Source: Squalus acanthias (taxonomy: Eukaryota). From it: a stretch of 64,000 nt of DNA. Location: assembly GCA_030390025.1 (NCBI GenBank), contig CM059432.1:70930001-70994000 (forward strand). The letters run 5' to 3'. The translations under genes and the position numbers were made by a program. The notes under the pieces were generated by a model. That model saw nothing but the letters and a program-made list of their open reading frames with translations, searched no databases and was not told the DNA's origin. Positions 1 through 14,273 of the stretch are shown here, piece by piece (within the stretch, counting starts at the first letter, position 1; the number at the start of each line of letters is the position of its first letter).

Positions 1-642
1 GGAATCTCATTCTCTCAGAAGAAAATTAGTGCTGGCGATTTAAAAAAATTTAAATAAGAATTTTTTAAAAACTTTCTGACTGTCTCTTTTATCTCTCTCC
101 CTTAATCCCATCCGCACTTCCCAACGTTTATTTCGCTTTCTCTACATCATTTAAATCTAATTTATATTTCCTGGTTTAGATTCTGCATGTCTCGGTGAGG
201 ATTCTTCAATCTGATTGGTTGAAGAGCCTCATGGTTTCTTGCCCTATTCACAGACGCCACAGCCCTTGTAGAGGGTGCCACGCTGGAAAAGCTGCCAGAT
301 TAGAGGAAATCTCCACTGACATGCCCGCAAAAAGTTTGTGGGCAGCTATCGGCAAGATGAACAGCGAGCAAGGTTCCTTCGCCGCTAAGAGCAAAGTCTG
401 GGCCTGTGTGTTACATGGTATCATGCTCCTGTAATTATAAAAGTATAACATCTGCACTTCTGTAAGAAAAGCAAAAGGAGGAGTGTCGCTCATTGATAGT
501 AAATACCTTGAAAATATGCACAAACTGAAACGTAGAAAACAGCAATTCAAAGCTTAAACATATCCTGCCTCGAAATACACCATGCTTGGTCTAAATATTA
601 TAAACACACAAAATATCCAGAAACCACAGAAGCTATTCTTAC

Positions 643-742
643 CTGCCAATCCGTTGACTGGAAACAGTCCAGCCGAACTGGCAATGCTAATCAGATGGCC
701 ATGGTTGCTGGCAATCATTGCAGGAAGGAATGCTTTGTAGGT
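643..742 (-). CDS. SDR16C5: SDR16C5/RDHE2-like retinol dehydrogenase, coding exon 3 (gene continues beyond left edge)
   Basis: 100-bp exon flanked by ttttag| and |gtaag; translates TYKAFLPAMIASNHGHLISIASSAGLFPVNGLA, matching the SDR16C family; in frame with the previous exon. Confidence 0.92.
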
Positions 743-1261
743 CTAAAAACAATTAACCCTTAGAATTACTAAATGAACTTTAACTGATGGTACATTGTTT
801 TCACTTAAAACTACAAAGTATTATTAAAAGGAGGAAGAGAACAAAATAAGACATTTTTGAAAATTGTATTGACAATCCATTGTTTTTTAGTGTAACAAAA
901 TTTCCTAGATTATTTACATTAATCGCTGTTAAATGAAGGAAACCAAAACCAGTGAATATAACAGGGGAGTAAAACCATGTGAAGTACAGAATGGGTCAAT
1001 GCATTATAGAAATCCACTAAAAACCATGTACAAAACTGAAAAACAGCAATTTCAACACACAGACATTTTGTCTGAGCTTTTAGCAAACAGTATCCAATAT
1101 GTACATGTATTTAGCCTACAATACACTGCAAGTAAAACAATGTAACAAATCTAAAATTGTTCATGGGCCAGTTTTATTACCATTTGTGCATTGATGCAAA
1201 GCAGTTTAAGATGCACAATAATGTAAAAGCAGTAGTATAACTCAGAATTCAGGTCAGTAAT

Positions 1262-2435
1262 CTGAATTTTCAAAAGGCATTTGATATGGTGCCACATAAG
1301 AGGTTGTTACACAAAATTAGGGCTCATGGGATTGGGGTTAATATATTAGCATAGATTGAGGATTGGTTAACGGACAGAAAACAGAGAGTAGGAATAAATG
1401 GGTCACTTTCAGGTTGGCAGGCTGCAACTATGGGGTGCCGCAAGGATCAGTGCTTGGGCCTCAGCTATTTACAATCTATATCAATGACTTAGATGAGGGG
1501 ACTGAGTGGAATATATCCAATTTTGCTGATGATACAAAGCTAGGTGGGAAAGTAAACTGTGAGGAAGACGCAAAGAGACTGCCAAGGGATATAGACCGGT
1601 TAAGTGATTGGGCAAGGAGCAGATGGAGTATAATGTGGGGAAATGTGAAATTATCCACTTTGGTAGGAAGAATAGAAAAGCAGAATATTTTTTTTAAAAA
1701 GGTGAGAGACTAGTAAATGTTGGTAATAAGAGGGATTTGGGTGTTCTTGTACACAAATCACAGAAAGTTAACATGCAGGTACAGCAAGCAATTAGGAAGG
1801 CAAATGGTATGTTAATCTTTATTGCAAGGGGGTTGGAGTATAAGAGTAAGGAAGTCGTTGCAATTATATAGGGCTTTGGTGAGACCACACCTGGAGTATT
1901 GTGTACTGTTGTGGTCTCCTTACCTAAGGAAGGAAATACTTGGCTTAGAGGGGGTGCAACAAAGGTTCACTAGATTGATTCCTGGGATGAGAAGGCTGTC
2001 CTTTGAGGAGATATTTAGAATGGGCCTATATTCTCTGGAGTTTAGAAGAATGAGAGGTGATCTCATTGAAACATATAAAATTCTTAAAGGGCTTGACAGG
2101 GTAGCTGTTAAAAGGCTGTTTCCCCTGGCTGGAGAGTTTAGAACTGGGGGTCATCGTCTCAGGATAAGGGGTCAGCCATTTAGGTCTGAGATGAGGAGAA
2201 ATTTCTTCACTCAGAGGGTTGTGAATCTATGGAATTCTCTACCTCAGAGGGCTGTGAATACTCAGTCATTGAGTTTAAGACTGAAATCGACAGATTTTTG
2301 GGCACTAAGGGAATCAAGGGATATGGGGATCGGGCGGGAATGTGGCGTTGATGTAGAAGATCAGCCATGATGTTACTGAATGGCAGAGCAGGCTCGAGTG
2401 GCCATATGGCCTACTCCTGCTCCTATTTCTTATGT
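1262..2435 (+). mobile_element. CR1-type LINE 3' fragment (RT)
   Basis: [28 protein letters not shown] and RRMRGDLIE motifs; frameshifted; typical 3' end ..GGCCTACTCCTGCTCCTATTTCTTATG. Confidence 0.93.
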
Positions 2436-3637
2436 GGACCAAGCTAAAAGTAGGACCACCTCCACAATGCTTGGGACTTTGCATCTTCTACACAGAACTA
2501 CACTGTGCCATCTTCAGAAACAAGGATGGATTTTCCTCTTCATTGCATCTGGGGAATGCTCTAGAGGCCCAATTAGAAAAATCTACCAACATTTGATAAT
2601 TTTGTGTCAGAAGGTCATAGGTTTAAGCCAGGACATCAGCACATAATCTAGGAGGTTTATAGCATTTTAGCGGTTTGTGAGCCTGCCTCTTGTATGAACA
2701 GAATCCTACTAATGCATGATGGGAACTTCTATACATGTTCAGACTGTACCTGAAGCTAAGAGTGATAGCTCCAGGCCAAAGTATGAACTTCAAGCCCAGA
2801 CTTGAGGCAGAAGCCTTCAAGAAAAATATTAAGCTACTCAGACGTAAAATAAAAATTTATAGGCAAACTTAATCATATTATTGTGCAGACATAATTTTAT
2901 ATTGCAAACTTTGTTTGGTTAATTAGAAATTTTGAGAAAATAGTAGCTGAAAGGATTTTGAAAAAGTAGTCTTTAAAAAGAAGAGCCATTGAGCATGCGA
3001 CTCGAGTGGGGAGCCCGGATCCCTGCACCCACCCCACCCGCCAAAGCCCCTCTCCTTGGCACTTTCTCCACCAGTTATCATTAGCTTCATCATCATGGTG
3101 GGGGAGAAAGAAGCAAGGCTGAGGTAGCCAAAGATAATAATTGTTACCTGACCATACATGTTGCATGTTAGGAAGCTTCTAAGAATTAATACAAAGAAGC
3201 CAGCAGCCCGTGGCTGGTAACATGAAAGGCTTGCGTGAGCTGCAGGAGCCAATGAGCTGGAAGTGGCGGACATTGTTTTAATGGATCGGGGTGGGGGGTT
3301 AACTTCTTCGATTAATGAGTATTAAAAAAAAATTATTTAACAAAAAATTAGCGTGTTAATTACAGAATTTAACTGTGATTAATTCACAGCCCTTAAAATT
3401 ATGAAAAGTCTAGACAAATTGGATCCAAGTATGCTTTTCTGCGGTGGACAGAATTTAAGCACATTGAACAGATTACTGGCATGGGTGGTGGAACAAGAAA
3501 CCTTAATGGGTTTCAAGAAGGCACTCGACAAGATTGTCAACAAATGGAATTCAGCGTTACTGGAAATGTAGCAAGTGAATAATGTGGATAGGTGGGCTAA
3601 ATGGACTGAACATCTTCTGCCTGAAGCAGTTACTATG

Positions 3638-5236
3638 GCTGCGATTTCGCCGACCGAGGCGGGTCTGGGGCGGCCGGGGGCGGTGTTGCGGTCCCAGCCC
3701 GCTGCCTACTGCAGCCCACACTCTCCAAGTGATTTTACGTTGATTGGGCTCGTTAAGCCCGCCCTGCAAGGTTCCCGGCCAATTAAAAGGAAGCGGGTCT
3801 GATGACGTCATTTGATGATGCGTCATCAGCCGGTTTCCTTAAAGGGGCCATGTCCAAATTGATCTTGACCGTTCTGCTGTCAGTGTTCTACAGCACTGAG
3901 GTGCTGCAAACACTGATAAGCACTGCACAAAGGTGCGCAGCTGCACCCAGGCTCTCCCTTGACTCCCTCCATATGCTTATGGAGGGAGTCACAGCACGCA
4001 GGGAGGTTCTCTTCCCTTCCAATGGGCGAAAGACACCTCCCCAGGAGACCAACGTAGCCTAGTTGCACATTGCACAGGAGGGCACAAGCAGGGATGTCGT
4101 CAGGAGGACCAGGCTGCAGTGGTGCAAGCCTTTCAATAATCTGAGTAGATCACGAAACGTTACTGCCAAGCCACACTCAACCTCATCCTGATGTGCCACT
4201 CATCACATCCACATCACTCTGCCTTCCCTATCCTACTCCTGCATATCTTTACTCACACCAATTTACCTTGCACCTCCACTGTCGGAGGTGCAGTCTTTCG
4301 GATGAGACGTTAAACAGAGGCCCTGTCTGCTCTCTCAGGTGGACGTAAAAGATCCCATGGCACTATTTCGAAGAAGAGCAGGGGAGTTATCCCCGGTGTC
4401 CTGGCCAATATTTATCCCTCAACCAACATAACACAAAAACAAATTATCTGGTCATCATCACATTGCTGTTTGTGGGACCCTGATGTGCGCAAATTGGCTG
4501 CCGCGTTTCCCACATTACAACAGTGACTCCACTTCAAAAGTACTTCATTAGCTGTAAAGCACTTTGAGACGTCTGGTGGTCGTGAAAGGCGCTATATAAA
4601 TGCAAGTCTTTCTTTCTTTCACCCATCCCTCTCTATCTACATTATCACTTCCCCATCTCACTAGCCACCCCTCACACTCATCCTACTGCAAGCATAGAGA
4701 TTAACAACACACAAGGGTAGGCACTTGGGTGGTTTAGCCAATGTTCATGAGAAGTTTCTGTTAATGTGTTGTCAAACATTGAAATCTGTATTTTCAACAT
4801 TTTACCTTATTGGACAGATCTGTGCTCACCTTTGGAAGTGTCTTAATGAGTTCCAGTGAATGTTGAGACATAACTGTGAAATGGTAGCTTTCAGACCACT
4901 TTTGCAGCTGTCGCCTATTCACAACAATGGGGAGACAGAGAACCAGACCTACTTACCTGACGTGATCTCCGAACGACGTTAGCCTCGTTAAAATTGGTAA
5001 AATAGTAATAGGCTGGCAAAGTAGTAGTTAACAAGCGTTTAACAAGTATTTAACTATCTTAAATGCCTCCCCCAACACTTGGTGTTGGATCTGTTCTGAA
5101 ATCGCAGACCCGACACTTTGAAAACTTGCACGGAGGCGGGTTCGGAGCGGGCTCCCAACCTGCTGTCAATCATTTCGATTTTGACAGCGGACCCGCTTCC
5201 GAATCCGCACACTGAGCGCCAGGCAAAATCGCAGCC
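3638..5236 (+). mobile_element. Non-autonomous PIF/Harbinger derivative (decayed Myb/SANT exon)
   Basis: 15-bp TIRs GGCTGCGATTT(C/T)GCC flanked by TAT; homologous to 36750-39346 and 55330-57136; remnant APRLS..LMEGVTARREVLFPSNGRK. Confidence 0.75.
4278..4620 (+). mobile_element. 5'-truncated Deu-domain SINE (SacSINE1/AmnSINE-like) nested in Harbinger derivative
   Basis: GGATGAGACGTTAAAC..GTAAAAGATCCCATGGCACTA..GGTGTCCTGGCCAA; tail GCTATATAAATGCAAG(TCTT)n; host sequence resumes at 4621. Confidence 0.85.
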
Positions 5237-6991
5237 TATGTAACTAAGGATACTGATAAGTCTGGAAAAAACTCTCTTCCCTCTTTCATTTGTTTCTCAT
5301 CTTCCCTTCTATATGTCTTCCACTGTCTTCTTTGACAAGAGGCCCTAAGCCATTGAGAGAGTATCTATGACATAACATACAAATTACAATCCTACACCCT
5401 TAATGGAATAATTTGCTTAGAGTGCCAATTCCAAAATGGTTGTCCCAAAGTTAGGGAATGAGCAGGCAAAATAAATTCATTTGTTAAAACTAGTTGGTAA
5501 GAATTAAAAAAAAACTTCTAGATTATCAAATCCTGGTGTTGAAATTGCTAAGTTTTTAGCTGTTTTTATTGTGCTATGGCATTCTTTAACTATCACTTGT
5601 CCCTTCTTCGTTATTTGGGAATAGCAACAGGAACTACTACAGAATTGTGGATGTACTTACTCTGCTGAGTTTCTGTACTCAGCCGTTCTGTGCAAAGAGG
5701 TACAGAATGAAGGCCAGACACCTCCCCATAAAAAGGGGATGGAGGAGGAAAATTAAACAGGGCTTTTTCATTGAGCTCATTTAGGACTATATATTCCAAG
5801 CAAATACTTTTAAACTAAAAGGAACACATTAAAAGCTCTTTTACATTAAAAAGTAATCCAAGTTAATCATATTGGTGAGCTTTAATCTTACTATCAGTCA
5901 AATTCTAAAGTTAAAATTTATATTATAATATGCTGTATTTCCTCAGGCAGTACTTTTATATTTTTCCAGGAGTTGAAGGTGGCATCAGCATCCAGCACTA
6001 CCCACGTGGAAGATTGAACAGGGTTCTACAGACTCCTGTATGGTTTTTAACTCAGTTCCAGGACATAGCCTATAAAACATGTTAATAAATTGGATACATT
6101 TGTTATGACATCTACAGTTCTTAAGTAATGTTTTTGATCTATTATCCCATGTGCTGTAATTTTGTTGTGGCAAATTCTGGGGAAAATCATAGGCCATTGA
6201 TGATAAATGTCAAAAATTACAGAAATCACAGTAAGAACCATGAACAATAATGGTCACGTTTTATGGTAACTAAAGTATCTTTTGCCATATTTTATCCCTT
6301 TGTTTCCACAGTTGGGCTGTTTTTGTAGAATCAGTCAGCTATGGAGTTTACTGATGTCTACAGCCTGCAGACATTGGAGTGGGTGTTTGCATTCTGTTGT
6401 ATAGTGGCCACTGCATCTTGGACCTGGGAAGGGATAACGGAGATGCTACTATATACTGGGTGGTCCAATAATAGTCTTGTTGTTGCTTTCCATCTTACGG
6501 GAGCATTTGAAGGAGATGTTGGGATGCGGAGACTCAGCAGTCCAACAGGAATTTAAAAGCAGTTTTAACTGCCAGAGTCAGCAGTACTGTGGAGTCCAGA
6601 GGTTCGTGCTCACTGGAGAGGGGGAGCAGTGCTGGGGAAGGACGACTGTTGGGAGTGGGAAACATGTGTCAGCAACGTCCATACCCACTGAGAGAGTCAG
6701 AAACAACAACATGTGTTGTTTTATTCCTTACCAGCAGATAAACTGTTTCGGTTGGCAGGATTTTTGGAAATGAATGTTTTATGTAAATAACCCTCAGCTC
6801 AGTCATCTGTGGTTCCGTGCTGAAACCAAAAGGGAAGGCTACTGTAGGATTTGGCATGTCCATGTTTGATAGCAGTGTGCAGGGGGGAGGTGAACTAAAA
6901 AGGGCCTCAAGCTCCCATAACAAATCGAAGGCCTTGACTGTGCCCCATTTAAGGGAAACATAAGAGGTGCGTGAATTAACCCTTTCATTTG

Positions 6992-7835
6992 AAGACTGCA
7001 TAGGCTGCAAAGAGACATTGATAGGATGCAGAGCTGGGCCGAAAAATGGCAGATGGAATTTAACCCTGATAAGTGCGAGGTGATTCATTTTGGTAGGGCA
7101 AATTTGAATAATGATTACAGGGTCAACGGCAGGGTTCTGAGGAACGTGGAGGAGCAGAGGGATCTGGGGGTTCATATCCACAGATCTCTGAAGGTTGCCA
7201 CTCAAGTGGATAGAGCAGTAAAGAAGGCCTATGGTGTGTTGGCGTTTATTAACAGAGGGTTTGAGTTTAAGAACCGTGAGGTTATGCTGCAACTGTACAG
7301 GACCTTGGTGAGACCACATTTGGAATATTGTGTGCAGTTCTGGTCACCTCACTATAGGAAGGACGTGGAAGCATTGGAAAGAGTGCAAAGGAGATTTACC
7401 AGGATGCTGCCTGGTTTGGGGGGAAGGTCTTATGAGGAAAGATTGAGGGAGTTGGGGCTTTTCTCTTTAGAGCGGAGGAGGATGAGAGGCGACTTAATAG
7501 AGGTTTATAAGATGATGAGGGGGATAGATAGAGTGGATGTTCAGAGACTATTTCCTCGGGTAGAGGCAGCTGTTACAAGGGGGCATAACTATAAGGTGCA
7601 TGGGGGGAGATATAGAAGGGATGTCCGAGGTAGATTCTTTACTCAGAGAGTGGTTGGGGTGTGGAATGGACTGCCTGCTGTGATAGTGGAGTCAGACACT
7701 TTAGGAACTTTCAAGCGGTTATTGGATAAGCACATGGAGCACACCAGAGTGATAGGGAGTGTGATAGCTTGATCTTGGTCTCAGACAATGCTCGGCACAA
7801 CATCGAGGGCCGAAGGGCCTGTACTGTTCTATGTA
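6992..7835 (+). mobile_element. CR1-type LINE 3' fragment, young subfamily (uninterrupted 248-aa ORF)
   Basis: ORF 7026-7772 WQMEFNPDKCEVIHFG...LVRPHLEYCVQFWSP... Confidence 0.93.
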
Positions 7836-8840
7836 TGTTTACATACTTATGCTTTGGTGCAGCACTTCTCCCTATTACTATGCCAGTGCCAGGATGAGCT
7901 TGTTAATACTGACAGGGACAAAGGGAAAGTCATGGTCCTTTCATCTGACAATATGGCAACAAGAGGTCTGGAGAAGACATCATCAGTATTGCATTCCTTC
8001 TTGGTGATTTATACATTGGGAGAAAAGGAGGATAAAACTAATTGGATAAAACTAATTGGAATTGAGGGTTAGTAAGAAAAAAATAAAATTGCCAATAATA
8101 GTTTCTAAGACATATTTGATTAATTGACTTCTTTAAAATTGATCAGTATTGCTAAATTTGTCACTATGATTGGTCAGGTCGCATGAAGTGGGATTTTCCA
8201 ATAGTGTAAGATATTTAATGTCAGAGGTTGCTCATCTAAATTCAGAACGTTTTCAAAGGAGGTTGGAAGTTGGATGTGTTAAGACTGTAAAGAGAAGGTT
8301 TTGGAAGTTAGAAAGAAGTTTTCAGAAAGATTAAAGTTGGTTTAGATCCAAGTAGAGATATCATTGCTTCAGTGTAGTATAAAGGCAGATTTTAAAAGTG
8401 CTTAGAGAGTGTGATGGCAGTGGGAATGTGGATTTGCATACACAAACAGCTAGCAGCATAACTAGAGCCTCGGTTGCATAGGTTCAGAGGTGAAAAGGGC
8501 TGATGCAAACTCAGGGATCTCTGCAGCTTTCCATGATGCCCCCTCTGATTCAACACCTGTGCAGGAAAGGGCTTTGGATTACCCACAGTGAAATCTGGTG
8601 ACCATAGCCTTCTCCTTTAAAATTGCATAAACATTTAAGTTAGGTCTTGTTAGACAAACCAAAGAAGGTACAAAACTATCTTTATTGATCTGGCCAAAGA
8701 TAAAATAAATTGCAAAGAATGCTTGCTTTTTTATCTTACATTTTATTGAAACCCACTGAAAATGGGCTATATAAGATTGCTGAGCTCTGCTAAGCTCAAA
8801 TCATCTAATAGTTCACTATTAACAGTAATGGAGTGCTTAC

Positions 8841-8972
8841 CCAAAAATGTGCAAGAGTGTTCACCTCCATGGTTTTCTCCAGCAAGGCATCTGAGGAATC
8901 AATGAATTTCTTTCCAGTAACAATACCTGCATTGTTTATCAGAATACTGACATCTCCAACCTCCCTTTTTAC
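8841..8972 (-). CDS. SDR16C5: SDR16C5/RDHE2-like, coding exon 2
   Basis: 132-bp phase-0 exon between ggacag| and |gtaag; [44 protein letters not shown] contains the SDR NNAG motif. Confidence 0.93.
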
Positions 8973-9784
8973 CTGTCCAAAAAAAGAAGCTTGTTAAATA
9001 CCAACACATACCAAACTCTTTACCTTCAAGGGATTTACATAAAAGTGCATTTTCCTGTATTTACTAGGGTTATTCCATTGTTTCTTTGAAAATTATGTTC
9101 TGTTTAACTCATTTGCACTCTAGTTTATGAAGTGGTTAGTTCATTAATTATACTTCCAATTACATTATTATCTTTTACACTTACCAGTCCTTCTTCAGCA
9201 GCTCATCAGCTTGGATTCAGGGTATCTAATCAATCATTAGACATCAACAATAAGTTAAGCATCTGAATTAGATAATAATTAAACATTTGATTGCTGAAAT
9301 ATGACTTCCAGTCCATGCTGATCAAAACCGGTATTGGGAGAGCGATGAGGAGTGAAGAAAGCTACAGCTAAGAGGCTCATGATGTTTAGAGTTGGCATTA
9401 ATTGTCCAAATCCATTCACCAAGAGCGAGCTTTGTCAGGATGTTTCTCTCCAATTGAATGCATCTGCCAAGAATCATGACATGAGGGTGAGGTCAGAAAA
9501 ATGTACAGCGACATCAAGAAAACCACCAAAGAGAAGATTAAATTTGAACTAAAAGGAGGGTATGGAATCTTTGAACAGTGTGTCAGAAGCTTCACTATTC
9601 ACACAAAGATCCACCTAACATATAGAACATAATCACTTATTAATGCCAGGATCTGTTAACAGAAATGTAAGCTAATATATGAATGCAGGCATCATTTGTG
9701 ATTTGATACAGAGATTGTCAGACAATAATTATCTTTACTGTTATGGTGAGTATAGTGATATTTTTCTTCCCTCCAAAGACAAAG

Positions 9785-10048
9785 CTGGGCTGGAGTGTCG
9801 GGCTGAGCGATTGCGGCCGGCACACCGCATAAAAAAGGGAAAGGGGGCAGGTGCTGGCAGTCGGCCAAAGTATAAATGACCACCCTGCACCTGCCCTTTA
9901 ATTTGCGTCGCCGCCACTGCAAAAACACCCCCTGATCCTGTCTGTCATACCGTCCGGCGATAGGTCAGGGGGCGCTACTGGCTACTGCTGCTGCTAACCT
10001 CCCGCAGGGGTGCTAACGAGAGGTGCAAACCAACCCAATTTTCCCCCC
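9785..10048 (-). mobile_element. Partial MITE of the 34801-35507 family
   Basis: Shares the terminus CAACCCAATTTTCCCC and internal GC-rich sequence with 34801-35170. Confidence 0.6.
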
Positions 10049-10785
10049 ATAGAATCATAGAATAGTTACAGCACAGAAGGAGGCCATTCGGCCAGTCGAG
10101 CCCGTGCCAGCTCTCTGCAAGAGCACTTCAGCTAGTCCCACTCCCCCGCCCTTTCCCCGTAGCCCTGCAAATTTTTTCCCTTCAGGTACTTATCCAATTC
10201 CCTTTTGAAAGCCACGATTGAATCTGCCTCCACCACCCTTTCAGGCAGTGCATTCCAGATCCTAACCACTCGTTGCGTAAAAAAGTTTTTCCTCATGTTG
10301 CCTTTGGTTCTTTTGCCAATCACCTTAAATCTGTGTCCTCTGGTTCTCGACCCTTCTGCCAATGGGAACAGTTTCTCTCTAACTACTCAGTCTAGACCCT
10401 TCATGATTTTGAATACCTATCAAATTTCCTCTCAACCTTCTCTGCTCCAAGGAGAACAACCCCAGCTTCTCTAGTCTATCCACGTAACTGAAGTCCCTCA
10501 TCCCTAGAACCATTCTCGTAAATCTTTTCTGCACCCTCTCTAAGGCCTTCACATTCTTCCTAAAGTGCGGTGCCCAGAATTGGACACAATACTCCAGTTG
10601 AGGCCGAACTACTGTTTTATAAAAGTTCATCATAACTTCCTTGATTTTGTACTCTATGCATCTATTTATGAAGCCCAGTATCCCATATGCTTTTTTTAAA
10701 CTGCTTTCTCAACCTGCCCTGTCTCCTTCAACGATTTGTGCACAAATACTCCCAGGTCTCTCTGTTCATGCACCCCCTTTAGAAC
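10049..10785 (-). mobile_element. CR1-type LINE 3' fragment
   Basis: VRPQLEYCVQFWAPHFRK and TRGHRFKVIGKR on the minus strand; (TTCTATGA)n tail. Confidence 0.92.
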
Positions 10786-13700
10786 TTTGATTTTACAGGT
10801 TATCATAAGAATCTGAGCTAATGAGGATTTTTTTGTTAATTATACTAACTTGTTAATTCCTATGCAATTTTATTTGCATGGAATGTAGAATTACTCTAGA
10901 AATTAGTATTCATTATGTATCTACATGCAGGCCAACCTAGCAAACTAGCAAAAGCTGACCAATAGCTTTAAATGAAACTGACACAGCTCCAAAAGCTGAC
11001 AGTTTATGAATGGGCCTGACATGGGAAAACAATAGTTAGATCGGCAATTGGGGTATACACCATTCCTTCACTCGGAGAAATAAAAACCCTAAAAAGAAAA
11101 AAAACAAATGTCGAAGGCACAAAATTGCAGGTGCATTTTTGGAAGGGGCAGGGAAGGAGGTTGAGAGAATCTGGGAGAATGCTCTCTTAGAAAGATTTGA
11201 ATTTTTACATTAATAATTATGTATTCTGGTTAATTTTAAGCACTTTTATACTTAACAATTACATATTTTATTTTTAGAAAAAAGTGAAATTTGGATTTTG
11301 AAGCTAACCAAAAGTTATCTTAACAGTCACGGTCCTTCCAATCTCCCACCACTCCGGTTCATAATGGCACTCTACCAACCCCTCCAGACCTATTCACCGA
11401 ACCAGTGTAACCCATCCAAATTCCTACCCTTTCAGAGACACGCTCTTCTTCAACCCGCCCAGTTGATACTGGTACTCTTCTTCCTTTCCTTTGTCAATTC
11501 AACCTGGAACACTTCTCCCCCTCCAACATTAAGCCGGTCCCCCCCAACCCCCACCCAAAAGTTCATGCCTCCATTTTCCACCATCCCCTCCCCACAATTC
11601 ATGTTGGCACTCTGACTCCTTAATCCATTTCAATTAATATTGAGACTGTCCTTCCTCCCTCACCCCCAAGCACCCACTCCCAGCTTTCCCCTACTTTTCC
11701 CAAAGCACATTCCCAGCTTCTTCCCCTCATTACCATCCACTTAGCCTTTTTTCTATTGCCATCCATCTACCTTCCCCTCGTCATAGCTATCGATTTCCCC
11801 TTCCCTCTCCAATTCAATTCCCCCTCCCTTCCATTTCACCCACGCCATGCATTCTCTCTCCACCTCCTCACATTTTCTTCCCCTCCTCCCATCCAAGTCC
11901 AGTGGCTAATGCACTCCAGTGTACAGAGACTGAAATCTGGCCAATAATGCTGGAAGCTTGTGAAGAGGAGTGGATTTGTTCAGTGCATTACATGCCAGAT
12001 TCAGTAGGAGTGAGATGGGGGGCGGGGGTGGTGGAGATAAGGAGGGTAGAAGTGGGTCCCGGTTAAAATGATTTGTATCAAATGTCAACTTGCTACCCTG
12101 GGCCCACAAATGCTGCCATGCCAGTGTTAAAATGCTGAAGGTTGCAATGTATGTATCCAATATACAAAGTTTGTTACAATAATGTTCTTTCCATACACAG
12201 TTTTCTCATTAAACATATTCTCAGATGTTTTTACTGATCAATACTAATTTTATAAATTGTAAAAATGTAAAATAGTAATACAGTTCCCAAACATAGATCA
12301 CTAATAAAAACAAGAGCACTTTAGTTCCTTGCAATGCTCTCGATTATCCCTCTAAAAAGGTACTATAAATACTCTTGTTTTCAATATGCAGGTTTTTGCA
12401 TTCCCTATATGTGCCAATTTTATACAAAGTAATCCATTGATTTAAGAACCATTAATGAAGCGTTCCATTGCACTATAAAAAGGTGCTGTCTTTTACAGGT
12501 ATTTTCAAGCTAAAATCATTAAAATCATTAATTGGCTATACAGTGCCATCCATACTGTACATAGACAACAATAGCTGGCTATGACCGATCTTGAGTACAA
12601 TGAGTATCTGCAATTCTGGAGTCCAGGTTAACACTATAAATAGCAGGCCTGATATTTGTGCAACAGCTTTGAACTCATTGCTTTAAACAATGATTGCTCT
12701 TAAAACAAAATAGACTGCAGTAAAAACATCGCTCATCTGATAAAATATCATTTCTTTCATGCTAGTTAGTGAATCATGCCATGTTAAAGGTCAGTTGTGT
12801 AATGCAATGTTAAAGGTCAGTTGTGTAATGCAATGCATTGGTTACACAGTATTAAAAGTTATTAGTCACGTACACAGTAAAAAAAAAGCTTATGATGATA
12901 GATCTTTTCAGATACGTTGCAGGATAATTCACTGAATTGCCATGAAGATTTGGTAAAGGAATCAGTTGGATATGTTTTTACTCAATACTCCCTGATGAAC
13001 AATTAAAAGTCAGATCCTCTACCATAATTGATTTGATACATTAATACTCCATTTATAATCATAGCCATTAAAATTCTGCTGCAAGCTCAACCAAATTAAG
13101 GTGGTATCAAAAGATATACTGTGGCAAGTTCGTCCAGGGTTGGGAGACACTTCGGTATATAATTTTTAAAATACCACCTCAATATAATAAATAGTTTAAA
13201 AGTTTATTGTATAATAGCTCATTTTGTTTTGAAAATTTGGCATTTTAAACTGTTCAAAAGCAGTTTACTGTGCTCAGATTCTGCATCTGCTCAGCTGCTT
13301 TCAATAAAAGCTGCCATTTTACACCTAGTTGTCTCACTTGACTCAACATAGCTTGACCAGATGGCTAGCTGTTATATGGCAGCTAGCTAAACTGGCGGCT
13401 TTTTACTTAAAGTGCTTGGAGCTAAAAATCCACAGCCTTTCTAGCACACACCCGTGTTAAGTACATTAGGAGTGCAGTGGGATGGCTGGAAATTAGTCCA
13501 GGATCTGGAACCAGTGTCCCAACAGTTTCTGTCCACCACAAACATGGTCCTCTGCATCAGAAGGGACGTGGCTAGGCAGAGGTTACACCCAGTGCAGCAG
13601 TTTCCTTGTCCTCAGCCTGGGAGAAGAACAGTGGGCCAGAATACTGAACTGGAGCGGGTGACCGGCCAGCTGAAGAGGGACCCATCTTGGGGTCCTGGCT

Positions 13701-14273
13701 TAGACCCCTGAAGGTCTTAAGAATTTTAGCCCAATTTTTCATCTCTCTTATAAAGGGTGGCAATAGGCACATGCAAGTCATTTTTCTGTGGCTATGGGTG
13801 GGGCAGGAATCCTCTCACCAGAGAGAATTTCACAAATTGGGTTTGGTATCCTGGGTTAAGGAATGGAAAATTGGCCAAGGTTCCTGCTCCACTGTCGAGC
13901 AGACCATGCTGGAAGTGTGTGTGGGGGTCTGGACTCCAGGCACATTTGTCAAACAGCCCACTAGCACTCAAGTGTTATGGTTCACATGACCAGATCTCAC
14001 CATGTCTGGGTGCTGACCCTCAGTAGATGAAGTGGGGAAGGCAGAAAATAATTGGTGAGGAGGAGCGAATTCAGATTTCCCTCCCCCTTTCAGATATCCA
14101 TTCTTTTGCTGGGTTGGGGTGACAAGGCCAGACTTCCAAACTGAAGTCAAGGAATTACATGAAAACAGTGGTAGTGGGATTTATTTACCAAACAAATAAC
14201 TGGTGGCCATTATATCCTGTATGCATTGTATTTAATCCCCCCGCGGGAGTAATGCAAGAGGTATTTTCCTGAC

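Noticed and set aside
6669..7319. 216-aa minus-strand ORF and similar antisense ORFs
   Set aside because: Antisense shadows of CR1 ORF2, or shadows of real exons (e.g. 14380-14758, 42881-43066).
11290..11900. Pro/Ser-rich ORFs
   Set aside because: C/T-rich low-complexity tract with no splice or homology support.
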